A stretch of 64,000 nucleotides of DNA from Octopus vulgaris. Its lineage: Eukaryota. Both the position numbers and the translations under genes were made by a program. Where the stretch lies: positions 33,480,001 to 33,544,000 of the forward strand of contig OX597815.1 in NCBI GenBank assembly GCA_951406725.2, in the 5' to 3' direction. The notes below the pieces were generated by a model. It worked only from the letters and a program-made list of their open reading frames with translations. It had not been told where the DNA came from and ran no database searches. This document shows, in pieces, positions 12,101-24,090 of the stretch (its first letter is position 1; each line of letters opens with the position of its first letter).

Positions 12101-12310
12101 GATAATAATAATAGTTTCTAATTTAGGCACAAAGCCAATGGTTTCTAACGTTGGCACAAAGCTGCAAATCTTTTGCAGGGTAGTAATTGATTTACCCAAC
12201 CCCAGAATTTGAGAGCTACTTGTTATTATTAGTGAAAGGTAAAATTGAACTTGCTGAAATTTGAACTCACAACCTAAAGAGAAATAACTAAAAACTGCAA
12301 GGTATTTTTT
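11020..12310 (-). mobile_element. Tandem array of ~5-6 tRNA-derived Nin/Deu-type SINEs separated by (AAT)n
   Basis: ~210 bp units ggcacaaggcc..gattacat..cccagt..aaaggatgaaagg..gacctcggtgg..tttgaactcagaa..gctaacgattctgccagct at about 11192, 11428, 11655, 11881 and 12115, with a partial unit at 11020. Confidence 0.85.
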
Positions 12311-14088
12311 TCCACAGATTTTTCCAACAATAATAATTATAATAATAAAATCGTCATTAATAATAATTTTATAATTAAATAATAATGATGAGAATAATGA
12401 TAGTAACATTTCAAATAAAATCAGAACAATATGTAGTCTAGAACCATAAAGTAACACCTACAATGATGATAATAATAGAAATTTCGTTTTGATGAAGCAA
12501 TTAATTTGATAAAGAAATCAACCCTGATATATTGTTTATTTCATTTTCTTCAAATGTATAAAGAATGGAAGTTGATACTGATGTAATATGAACTCAAATC
12601 AGTAAAGTATTTTAATAGGCAACGTAGAGCATCGCAGCACATATCTACAATAAACTCCCACCATGATGACAATAGTAGCAGTAAATAATGAAGCACCAAA
12701 AATGCCGGTTGCATTGCATCAGCAGAACTGCTGTTTTGGAGATTTTTTATTGTTCCTTTTTAGAATGTTTTAGCTTGTGTGCATGATTGTGTGCATTTAC
12801 ATGTATGTATGTGTATGTACACACACACACACACACTCTCTCTCTCTCTCTCTCTCATGCACACACATGCACTCTCTCTGTCTCTTGCTCTCAGACACGA
12901 AAACCATGCATGTATTTGCATGGATGATGTATCTATGCATATGTACATCTATGTATTGTGTATACATGTGTACTTGGATGTATATTTTTGTATATCTGCA
13001 TAGATAATATGTGTATTTGTAAGTATATCGAAATGATTAGCTTGGTCAAAAGAAAGGTAGGCGAATGTTTAGCAGGAGCAGGGTAGATGCTCTTCAGTGT
13101 ATGATCCAAAATACTCTTAGGATTTGATTAGTGTCCAACACTTTCACAGACTGAGTGGCAGAGAAAGACTTCTCAGACTAATTGCTTAAGTGGATGAGTT
13201 TGAGTGTAAATTTTGGAGAGTAGGGCGTAAAGAGTGTCTGCCTGGTCCAGGAACTGCTAGTATGTGATGAGACTTGAAAATCAGTAGAAGGAAGTGCATG
13301 CATTAAGTATAGGCTGTGTGTCAAAAGTATAGTGAGTGAAAGCATCAAATTGAGTGTGTATGAGTGGAGAGCAAGATAATGAGTGAGACTGGATGCAAAA
13401 TGGAGAGAGAGTATAAGTGAAAAAGATGGCGTGAGATACACAAAAAAGGCTGTATGAAAGAGTTTACTGTAAGGGTTGGGAGATAGGGAGAGAGAGAGAG
13501 AGAGAGAGGGGAGAAAGAGAATATATTTGTGTGTAAATTGAAAGTCTTTTGCATCATCCTGTTTTAATAAATTCAGTTTTGTTAATATAATCCTATATCT
13601 GTTTCTCTGCTAACGAACCTCGGCACGTGGCTGGTGTTAACCAACCAAATGTATTTTTAACCATGAGAAAGCTAAGGGACTTTTCAGTCTCTCCCATGAA
13701 ATTTTTCCATTTTCATTTTGAAATTGTGCTATATGTAGCATCTGAAGTTAATCTTTCAATGACTTTCTTTTTGCTATAACATGTTCCATGTAAAACAAAG
13801 ACGGTTTAAAATAACACTCACACTCACTCATTTTCTCTCTCTTCCTCTTTCATTCCCTCCCTCCTTCCCCTCTCTTTCTACCATTCATTTGTAGTTATTC
13901 TGAACTGAGTCCATAGCTTTGTGAGTCTTTGCTGTATTTGTGGTTTGGATAAGATTAACAATGAATACTGACTAAAAGAAAATTGAAATTTGTGAAACAC
14001 CCCAAAACATGATTCAGGTGTTGGTTTGAAAGTACTATATATTTAAAAGCTAGTATGACTAATACATACACACACATGTGTGTGTGTG

Positions 14089-14119
<31 letters not shown>

Positions 14120-17100
14120 GGTTTAATGTTCAACCTGTCAACAAGGTTTTACATATATTGGTGTATGTGTGTTTAATGGAAATGATATAGAAGATTATGT
14201 TTAGAATGTTTGTGTGCATGCTTATGAGCACACACGCATACACATTAGTGTCTTTTTACCTCTGTATGCTCCATTCAGTTAGCCTAACCAGCTGTCAAAA
14301 AGATACCATTTCTACCTCATCGTTGAGTGGTTAACATCATAAAGAATATTCTACTTATGAGAAACATAACTATTTGCAACACCATCCAACCCACTATCAT
14401 TTCTCTGAAATGGATGTAATATCTGTAAGTTAAAAATGTATGTATAATAGATACATGGTTGTAGTGATGGTAAATCAATTCCCCGTATATATTCTGCTGG
14501 TGATATCACATGAGGTATGAGGTGTGCTGCCATAGATCGGAGTGTTGCTATACAGCAGTGTATTAGTACACATTTGTGTTAATGGCTCAACGGAAAATAT
14601 TTAACTAATCATATATATGGTGCTGTGTGATTCCAGCAATTTCATTTGGAAGAAATCTGACAAATACCACTGGGGCCCGTCAACTTGACAATGAACCATC
14701 AGTCTCTCACAATTCATGCATGTGTCTAGTATATATGAGCAGTAACAGCAGCAGCAAATATGGTGCATGTTAGTTGCAGACAGGAGAAAACAGCTGATAA
14801 ATGAATGACATACGTTGATTGGGATAGTGGTGATGGTGGTAGTCTCTAGTAAATTGTTCTGTTCTTCACAGCTTCGTGTGTGTATATATATGAGTATAAA
14901 TTATATATGTATTATATGTATATATATGTTTATGTTCATATATAAATTATGTGTGTGCATATAAACTCATAGATGTATATGTGTGCATCTTTATATGTAT
15001 GTATGTATATATATATATATGTTTATGTGTGTATTCAATGACTAATTTCAATGACCAGTTAGCCCATATGTATTTTTTAAATATAGTTACTATTAAGAAT
15101 GTGACCAGAATGCTTTTCAAAATGTCAATTTGAATTAATTATAAAATCTTACTTTTTAGATAGTTATCAAATGTGTTTGTGTGTACATCTCAAATAGGTC
15201 ATATAGAACGAGTATATTTTTGTTTAGCTTAAACAAAGGACTATTTTTTAAATGATCCCCTCTTCCCATTGTAGAAATTTTCCTCTTTGTAAAGTATCTC
15301 CTGGAAATTTTGCTGTTTGGTTCCACTATGCAACAATATTCTCTCTCTCTCTGTCTCTCTTTTCAATGAATGACTAGAATAAACACTCCAACCCTTGTCT
15401 AACAATTAAAATCAGAAATTCTCCCCATTGTTTTCCATGTCATCTTGTTCTGCAGCTACGTTTAGCTACAGGCTGTGATTGCTTTGCATGTATTTATTTA
15501 TTTTTTATCTTGGAAAAAATACAAGTGTGTAACATGATTTTAAGTACTGTATTGATAATTTTTCATTTTCAAAGCAGTAGTTTGAAGTAGAATGACAAAA
15601 TAAAATAATGAAAACATTGTTAAAAATGGAACAAAATAAAGATGATGACGAACACACTCAAGTCATTACATATATGCTTAGACACAGACGCATGTACACA
15701 CACACACACACACATTTCATGTATGAGTAAAATGAATTTTACAACTTCCTTAACATAACCCTGTCTGTGTCATTTTCAACTATATGATCTTTATCTGCTA
15801 TTCATTTAGCAAGACATTTTCACCACATTCCAGCCTTTGATGAAGTGGCATCTCAGTTGCCGGTTGAGATTGAAGTTACATAGCATTTTGTTTAGGTAGT
15901 CTGTGCTTTCATTATGATGGGTACTCTTCTGAATGCTAAAATAGAAATGTATAGCAATATGTTGAAGCTTACTTTATGCTTGTACTGAAAATAATTTCCT
16001 TCTCAAGGCAGATTTCTCTATTTCTTGAGTTGTAGATCAGACTTATTTTTGATGTACATTTTTCTTCTTTTTTTTTAATATAGTGAAAGAAAATCCATCA
16101 GAGCTGGAATATACTTTATTATAACAGAATCTATTTTTGTTATATGATTACTTTTAACTGTATTTCTTTAAAATTAAGCCACAAAGCTGATGTATGATTT
16201 AAATTTCAGTATTATGCCCAGCTATTGTCTGTTAGATGAGTCGGCACCTTCAATTTATTGATTATCATCTCAGATGACTTCAACTATTTTCTTCCCAAAT
16301 ACACTGTTACATATTCTGTAACATAATCATGATTGAAAAATTTATTCTTGCTGTCTGTTAGATTACAATTCTTGACAACTGTTTCCATTCAGTGTGGATA
16401 CAAATGTGCATTTGTATTTTCTCTTTAACATAATCTGCTGAATTTGTTTAGTGTCACCTGTAATATATCTATTTGTCTAATCTATCCATGTGGGAAGTAA
16501 ATGTTAAAACTGATATTCATGGCTTGGTGTGCATAAAGAAAATATCTATTTTTAGCATAAATTGTTTGAAGTTATGTTCGCCCTCACAATAATTTGGATG
16601 CACACAGATCTTAATAAAAACTATAAAGTTATTGGTCTAATTCTTGTTCAAAATATTATTTAAAAGTGTGATATTTAAAAAATTTGTGTCATAAATTGTC
16701 CATGATTTTCTGTTGAATATCAATGTGACAGAAAGCATGACAAATTAATATATTAGTTTAGCAACCAGGAAATTAGACAATTATACAGATCTATATGTTG
16801 CTCTAAACATGTAATATAGTAAATTATTGTTATCACTTACAAGTTTAAATCTACAAAACTACTTTCTGATTTGAGATTATGAAGTAAACAATTTGATCTT
16901 TTACTTAGCTGAATTTATATTGAGGTTATCTATGCTGTATAATATATGACAGTTTAGTTAACTGTGTAGTGTATAATGTAAATTAACTTCCTTCAGTTGC
17001 TTATTTCGAGGACTCAATTGGTATGATAAGCGTGTAATTTAGTTTTTCTTCAAAGAAAACAAGATTGAGTAAAAGAAGTGTATGCTAGAATGATCACCTA

Positions 17101-18319
17101 TCTGATAATGCTGCTAGGTGATTCAAAAGCCTTGAAGTCAAATATTTAGAAAAGTTAGTTAAAATCTGTGATAGACTGTCTCATACAGGTGTCTTTTTAC
17201 TAGTCTCTGAAACTGCTAATAAATATGAGCCATATGAACTGGCATGTTTAGAAAAGAGAATTAATTTTAAGGGAATTCTCAATGTAGAAGATCTCTTTTT
17301 TAACTTGTTCTCTGTTATTAATGTAATTTAGCTGTTGAATTAAGATGCTGGATTGCTGCTCACAAGGTGGAGTTAAAAGCTTACTACAAAGCAGTCAGTC
17401 TGCTTGCTATCCTAGTTGAAAGTGAATGTTAGTCCTACCATGCAATTTAGTGATTAATAGTAAGAAGGACATCTCACTTGTTAAAAAGCAAATATAAAGA
17501 AGGAAGTAAAACATCAACTTTACTCATAATTCCTAATGAAAGTATTCAAGTTAGGAAAAAGGATGGATTCCACACTTATTAAGCTAGTAATGATAACTGT
17601 AAATGGTTTATGTGAATATCACTTGGACCTGTTTGTTAGATCTAAAATAATAAAAATAATTGTAAATGTGTTATGAAGAATATTGTCTTTGTTTTTTTTT
17701 TTATAATTGTGACTGGAAAAGTACAGATCCCTCCCTTCCTGTGATTGATGCAATTAATAATTAATTTAAACTTCTGTCGGCTAATGCCTGTAAGGTATGT
17801 GTGGTTATGTATTATAGAATTGTAGATGTAAAGAGAAAGAATTAAGAAAAGAATTTATGAGTTTTGGGGATGATAAGACAGAGTAGAGATAAAAAGCAGA
17901 ACAAACATCAGGCTTGGGTCAAGGTGGTTTGTAGCTTACAAGTTCAGTTGGAAACATAATAATAATAAAACAGATGATACAGTTTATCAACAGGCAGTTG
18001 TAGGTGAATAAAAATATACTTATCAGATAGTTGATTTTTTAAAGATTTTTTTTATGCAACAGCCAAAAATAAAATGGATGGAATAATGCGTATTTTCATA
18101 CAGTAGTTTCAAAATATTATGAAAGAGTATAATTTAGAATTGGAAAGTGAAGGAAGTTATTTTATTTGGGTATTATTACATATATTTTAATTATAGCACA
18201 AAGCCACAAATTCTTTGGTTGGATACAGTGAATTAAAATCATTTGTTTGCTTTTTAAATCAAATTATTTAAAAATTTGTTTAGTAGTTAACATTTCTCTT
18301 GAATGTGCAAGTTGATGGC

Positions 18320-18548
18320 TGCGAGAATACATGGGCAGGGTGGGGAATTTATGGGATGATATTTGTGGGTGAGAAATGCAGGGTCTGCAAGTGGACATGG
18401 GTGATAAGAGGAGAGTTGGGTCTGTATGGAGGTGGTATGAGACCAGTCAGTTTTAAGGAGTTGTAGCCACTATAGTTGAGGTATGAAATGCAGAGAAATG
18501 TGACTGCACATCTGTGAGTCAGAGACTGAAGTGTGTTGGTGAGCACTG
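18320..18548 (-). mobile_element. CR1/L2(Jockey-group) LINE 3' fragment, old
   Basis: ORF 18349-18546 LQSLTHRCAVTFLCISYLNYSG..LTGLIPPP resembles the 'L..L..RR.V..L..FY.YY.G....L..L.PPP' C-terminal motif of these LINEs. Confidence 0.55.
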
Positions 18549-18585
18549 CATGAAGATGTCAGTTATATTTTCTCTCATAATTAAA

Positions 18586-18770
18586 CTAGCATACCCATGT
18601 TGTAAAAAATGCTGACAGTTTTATTAATGATAGAAAATGATGCATCAAAACAGTGAGAGAAACCATTGATAAATGTCAGCAATCAAGTAAATATATGTAC
18701 ATGCACAGAATTGAAGCACTTCAACAGGTACAGTTACGATGTCTCAGTTGAAAATATTATTGCCTACGTA
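18586..18770 (-). mobile_element. Possible non-autonomous Helitron 3' end
   Basis: Minus strand ends caacatgggtatgCTAG|T; contains a block duplicated at 24091-24159. The subterminal hairpin is not clearly intact. Confidence 0.35.
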
Positions 18771-18806
18771 ATATATATGTTTGTATATATGTATATATAT
18801 GTGTGT

Positions 18807-19067
18807 TCGTTTAACGTGAGCGATATTTCCCACAGAGCGAACGCCGAAAGACGAGACGGCGGCGGTGGCAGCGACGACGGAGGGCAGCGGTTGCGGAGGG
18901 ATGTAGCGGACGGGACGAGGGGGCCCTCGCCGTGTCGTCGTTGTTGTTCCTACTACTGCTCCTACTCCTCTGCTTCCGCTCGTCGGCGGGCTCCCTCCAC
19001 GATTCATCGTCGTCGGCCGCGCGATTCGGGGCGGCGCAACAGCGCTTCGCAACAGCGCTTCGCAACA
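18807..19067. other. Orphan GC/CpG-rich island (~40 CpG in ~260 bp) between TA-rich microsatellites
   Basis: Direct composition; ends with a 13-bp tandem (cgcaacagcgctt x2 plus partial). The overlapping ORFs are low-complexity. Confidence 0.8.
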
Positions 19068-19089
<22 letters not shown>

Positions 19090-19117
<28 letters not shown>

Positions 19118-19415
19118 GTGTAATAGTGTCTGTCTGTTTGTGTGTTTGGGGTTACACTAACTCTCCCATACTGTCCAATCAGTTTTAATGAGTTTTGGCT
19201 CATAGGTAGATCACATGCCCTGAAGTTCAAATAAGGACAGAATTTTTTGAAAACTCGATAATGCTCTGTTGGCATCAATTTTTGTGAACTGAATCGGGCG
19301 TTTGAATGGTAAGTGCCATAATGGTGTTATTTCTCCTGTAGCTTTTGCATTTTTTGTCCGATTTTGATGAAAGTTGATGAGTGAGTGAGACTCATGGCAG
19401 TAAGTTGATGTGAGT
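19090..19415 (+). mobile_element. Helitron/Helentron-like non-autonomous 5' region
   Basis: tataaatgtgtaatagtgtctgtctgtttgtgtg start and ccgattttgatgaaa / ccaatcagttttaatgagttttgg motifs resemble Lep1/DINE-type rolling-circle elements. Confidence 0.45.
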
Positions 19416-19421
19416 ATATGG

Positions 19422-19800
19422 CTCTCACTTTACTTGTTTCAGTCATTTGACTGCAGCCATGCTGGAGCACCGCCTTTAGTCGAGCAAATCGACCCCAGGA
19501 CTTATTCTTTGTAAGCCCAGTACTTATTCTATCGGTCACTTGCCGAACCGCTAAGTGACGGCGACGTAAACACACCAACATCGGTTGTCAAGCAATGCTA
19601 GGGGGACAAACATACACACACATATATATATACATATATACGGCGGGCTTCTTTCAGTTTCCGTCTACCAAATCCACTCACAAGGCTTTGGTCGACCTGA
19701 GGCTATAGTAGAAGACAGTTGCCCAAGATGCCACGCAGTGAGACTGATCCCGGAACCATGTGATTGGTAAGCAAGCTACTTACCACACAGCCACTCCTGC
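19422..19800 (-). mobile_element. Young full-length tRNA/CORE-type SINE with CR1/L2-like tail
   Basis: Head gcaggagtggctgtgtggtaagtagcttgcttacc..ggttccggg, CORE-like tcttgggcaactgtcttctactatagcc, tail ggcggtgctccagcatggctgcagtcaaatgactgaaacaagtaaag; CpGs retained. Confidence 0.9.
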
Positions 19801-19854
19801 TAAATGATGATGATGATGATTAATCACATGTGTATATATATGTATATATATATC

Positions 19855-20211
19855 AAAATCAAAATCGTAATCGATCAACATCAATGGAATTTGTAGCTAT
19901 GATACCAGTGCTGGTGGCATGTAAGAGAACCATCCGAACGTGGCCATAGCCAGGGCTGCCCTGACTGTCCTCCGTGCCAGTGGCACGTAAAAAGCACCAT
20001 CCGATCATGGCCATTTGCGAGACTCGTCTGGCACGTAAAAAGCACCCGCTACACTCATGGAATGGTTGGCGTTAGGAAGGGCATCCAGCTGTAGAAACAC
20101 TGCCAGATCAGACTGGGCCTGCGGCAGCCTTCTGGCTTCCCAAACCCCAGTTGAACCTTCCAACCCATACTAGCATGGAAAGCGGATGTTAAACGATGAT
20201 GATGATGATGA
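19855..20211 (+). mobile_element. RTE 3'UTR fragment with (GAT)n tail
   Basis: Matches the reverse complement of the RTE 3'UTR at 51022-51500 (aaaagcacc repeats, ggttggcgttaggaagggcatccagc, ccaacccatactagcatggaaagcggatgttaaacgatgat). Confidence 0.85.
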
Positions 20212-20260
20212 TATATATGTGTGTGTATATATATGTGTGTGTATATATATATAATGTATA

Positions 20261-20296
<36 letters not shown>

Positions 20297-20410
20297 AATA
20301 TATATGTATGTGTATATAAATGTATGTATGTATAATAATTATTTGAGGGAATATTATTCCTAACTTAAAGGGAAAAGTTCAATTTAGAAATACTGAATCA
20401 CATTTCACAA

Positions 20411-20472
<62 letters not shown>

Positions 20473-20473
<1 letters not shown>

Positions 20474-20610
20474 AATTAGAAAAAACCCACCTTTTATCAA
20501 TTCAAAATGAACAATTAAATTACACCGTCTAGAAAATTACATATAATAGAAATATTAAAATAACAATAATATACCGATGATTAAGTAAATTGCAAAATAA
20601 TAATAAAAAC

Positions 20611-20645
<35 letters not shown>

Positions 20646-20795
20646 AAATATATACGTTTTTATTATTATTTTGCAATTTACTTAATCATCGGTATATTAT
20701 TATTTTAATTTTAATATTTCTATTATATGTAATTTTCTAGATGATGTAATTTAATTGTTTATTTTGAATTGATAAAAGGTGGCTTTTTCTAATTT
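20473..20795. repeat. Large foldback inverted repeat (~145 bp arms) in (TA)n
   Basis: 20473-20617 is the near-perfect reverse complement of 20649-20795; the spacer is mostly (TA)n. Confidence 0.9.
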
Positions 20796-20868
20796 TTATA
20801 CGTATGTGTATATATGCATGTGTGTGTGTGTGTATGTATATATATATATATGTATATGTGTGTGTGTG

Positions 20869-20911
<43 letters not shown>

Positions 20912-21013
20912 TGGTGCAGCCTTCTGGCTTCCCAGATCCCCGGTCGAACCGTCCAACTCATGCTAGCATGGAGAACGGACGTTAAACGATGATGATGATG
21001 ATGATGATGATGA
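20912..21013 (+). mobile_element. Short RTE 3' end with (GAT)n tail
   Basis: ggtgcagccttctggctt...ccaactcatgctagcatggagaacggacgttaaacgatgatgat. Confidence 0.85.
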
Positions 21014-21050
21014 TATATATATATGTGTATATATGTGTATATATATGTAT

Positions 21051-21173
21051 TAATGTCTTACCTCTACTGAGTCTGAACAAGTAAATGCTGGTCAACCTGA
21101 TACCGGTTTTGAAATTTTGAAACCAGTACCAGGTTGACCAGCATTTACTTGTTCTGACCCACGTAAGATATTA
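21051..21173. repeat. ~120 bp near-loopless palindrome
   Basis: gaacaagtaaatgctggtcaacctg / caggttgaccagcatttacttgttc form a perfect 25-bp core; arms extend to taatgtcttac / gtaagatatta. Confidence 0.9.
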
Positions 21174-21341
21174 TTGTTGTTTACTGATATTTTTTCCTAT
21201 CATGTCTGTAATAGATTTGTGACTATTCGGTGGTACAGAAGTATCTTTTGACTTCTATTTTTTAGTGATATATATACTCATGTAGTACCCTTTTGTATAT
21301 ATATGTACTGAAGGCTACTGTATTACTTGCTCATGAATTTT

Positions 21342-24090
21342 GCCAAATGCGAGCTTTCTTTTCAGGTACATGAAGCTACTGTCCACCGTCCCAGGGTCTC
21401 TAGGGCCCATACCTCCCACACCCTCGGGTTTGGCACCCTCAACGTTGGCATACTGAAAGGTAGGTCTGGCGAGATAGTCGAGATGCTTGAACGGAGATGT
21501 GTTGATATATGTTGCATGCAGGAGGTAAGGTGGAGAGGAGGATCTGCTAGGTTCCTCACAGGCAAGAACACAGGTACAAGATTTTCTGGGCAGGGAACAC
21601 TGACGGGGTTGGTGGCATGGGTATACTTATCGCTGAGAAATGGGTAGATAAAGTAATTGAGGTAATCAGAGTATGTGACAGAATACTTAAGATTAGATTA
21701 GTGCTTCATCATGGATTAGCAACCATTATATCGGCCTATGCTCCTCAGTCGGGGCTACCCGATGGACAGAAAGACCGATTCTATGACACTCTACTGCAGA
21801 CTACCTCGTTGACAAACGACAGAGACCTTCTCTTTATGGCTGGTGACTTCAATGGTCACATTGTACGACATGCTGGGGGCTTCCATGGTGTACATGGAGG
21901 CTATGGCTATGGTTCTTGCAACGAGGAGGGAACCAGGCTGCTGGAGTTCTGCGATGCAAATAATCTTATGATTTGCAACACTAACTTCAGGAAACCTACC
22001 AGCCACCTAGTCACCTACCGATCGGGCCAACATACCAGCCAAATTGACTACATCCTTGCCAGACAAAGGGAGAGATGGCTGCTTATAAATGCCAAAACCT
22101 TCCCAGGCGAAGAATGTACCCCGCAACATAGACTAGTAGTTAGTGACTTTAGGATCAGGACTAAGAGGACAACCAGAAGACGACCAACATGGAGAAGAAA
22201 GATCTGGAAGCTTAAAGATCCTGCGAATGGACAGAGATTTAGGGACATGCTACTTGAAGCCTTTGACGAAGTAGAAGGGGATAGAGTATCACATGGGGTA
22301 GAAGGCAACTGGACGTTTCTAAGGGACAACCTGCTGAGAGGCCACTGACCAGATCTGTGGCTGGTGCAAAGTCCCCTCTTGTCCCAAGGTAACGTGGTGG
22401 TGGAACAATGTTGTAGACAGGGCTATTAGAGAAAAGAGACAGGCTTGGAAGGACTCGAAGAATGGTGGTAGCAGGGAATTGTATCAGACTGCCAAAAGGG
22501 AAGCTAGGAGACAGGTCTATCTAGCCAGAGGGGAAGCAGATAAGAAAAAATTTGCCAATGTTCTGCGCCGTGAGGACCAAAGACTGGAGTTGTTTTGTGT
22601 TGCAAGACAGTGTGTGAGAGAGAATTGTGATGTGGTAGGAGAGAAGTGTGTTTGCATGGAAGATGGTTCACTTGCGCTAAATGAGGATGCAAAGAAAGAG
22701 GTTTGGAGACGCCACTATGAAAGGTTGCTGAATAAAGAAAATGAATGGGATAAAGAGAGTCTGCCGAATGTTGACCCAACAGAGGGACCAGCTATCTGAG
22801 TTGACAGTTCCTTGGTAGTTAAGGCAATTAGAAGCATGAAGACAGGGAAAGCCCCAGGCCCATCAGGAATCACTGCAGAGATGCTCAAAATATCTGGGAG
22901 TGTCGGCTATAGCCTAGTCACCCGTATAGTTAATCAGGTGATACACAAAGGAGTCATACCCAATGACTGGTGTAGCAGCATAATAGTCAACTGCTACAAA
23001 GGTAAAGGTGACACCCTAGATACATATAATTACAGAGGCATCAAGCTGTTGGATCAGGTAATGAAGGTTAGAGAGAGAGTTAGTTTAGATGAGATGCAGT
23101 TTGGGTTTGTGCCAGGGAAAAGTACCACTGATGCTATATTCCTGGTAAGGCAGCTGCAGGAGAAATACCTAGCCAAAGATAAGCCCCTGTTCCTGGTTTT
23201 TGTTGACATGGAGAAAGCCTTCGACAGGGTCCCCCGATCCCTTATCATGTACAGGGACGCTGCTAGTAAGGTGAGGGTTGGCAACGCGTACAGTGAAGAA
23301 TTCTGGGTAAAGGTTGTGGTCCACCAAGGCTCAGTCCTCAGCCCCCTCCTATTTATCATAGTCCTCCAGGCAATAATGGAGGAATTCAAGACATGATGCC
23401 CTTGGGAGCTCCTCTATGCTGATGACCTTGCTCTAATTGCTGAGTCACTATCAGAACTGGAGGAGAAGTTTCAGGTGTGGAAGCAAGGATTAGAATCGAA
23501 GGGCCTTAGAGTCAATCTAGCTAAAACCAAAGTCCTAATAAGTAGGAAAGTAGACAAATCACAAATGCCTTCAGGTAGATGGCCCTGCTCGATCTGTAGG
23601 AAAGGTGTAGGTAGAAACTCTATAAGATGCACCAAGTGTAAGCTATGGACACATAAGACATATAAGAGGTGCAGCAATGTCAAAAGAAGGCTAACTGGGA
23701 AGATAGTTTTTGTATGTGGCAGATGCCACAATAAACACTGAAAATGCTCTGAGATCAACTTCTGTCACTTTCTACATGGCAGTGAAACATGGGCCGTGAC
23801 TGCTGAGGATATGCGTAAGCTCGCAAGAAATGAAGCCAGTATGCTCTGATGGATGTGTAATGTCAGTTTCATACTTGACAGAGTGTAAGTACCTTGAGAG
23901 AAAAGCTGGACCTAAGAAGCATCAGATGTGGTGTGCAAGAGAGACATTTGCGCTGGTATGGTCATGTGGCGAGAATGGATGAAGATAGTTGTGTGAAAAA
24001 GTGCCACACCCTAGCAGTTGAGGGAACCTGTGGAAGAGGCAGACCCAGGAAAACCTGGGACGAGGTGGTGAAGCACGACCTTCGAACTTT
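21342..24090 (+). mobile_element. Young RTE LINE, APE endonuclease + RT + PHD finger, disrupted and 3'-truncated
   Basis: GTLNVG, CMQEVRW, ISAYAPQ, AGDFNGH, QIDYIL, PQHRLVV (APE); GKAPGPSG, NYRGIKLL, QFGFVPGKST, FVDMEKAFDRVP, HQGSVLSPLLF, LLYADDL (RT); frameshifts and stops; no 3'UTR or tail. Confidence 0.95.

Noticed and set aside
11020-12310. CRISPR-like or tRNA-gene array interpretation of the regular repeats
   Set aside because: Eukaryotic context; units are ~210 bp diverged SINEs without unique spacers or full tRNA cloverleafs.
15810-15935. Possible C/D snoRNA (TGATGA at 15838, CTGA at about 15929) or small exon (..AFDEVASQLPVEIEVT*)
   Set aside because: Weak terminal stem, no recognisable rRNA guide, weak donor; motifs expected by chance.
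18666-19278. 149-155 aa ORFs on both strands
   Set aside because: Open because the GC island and (TA)n lack stops; low-complexity Arg/Ser/Gly content with no domain.
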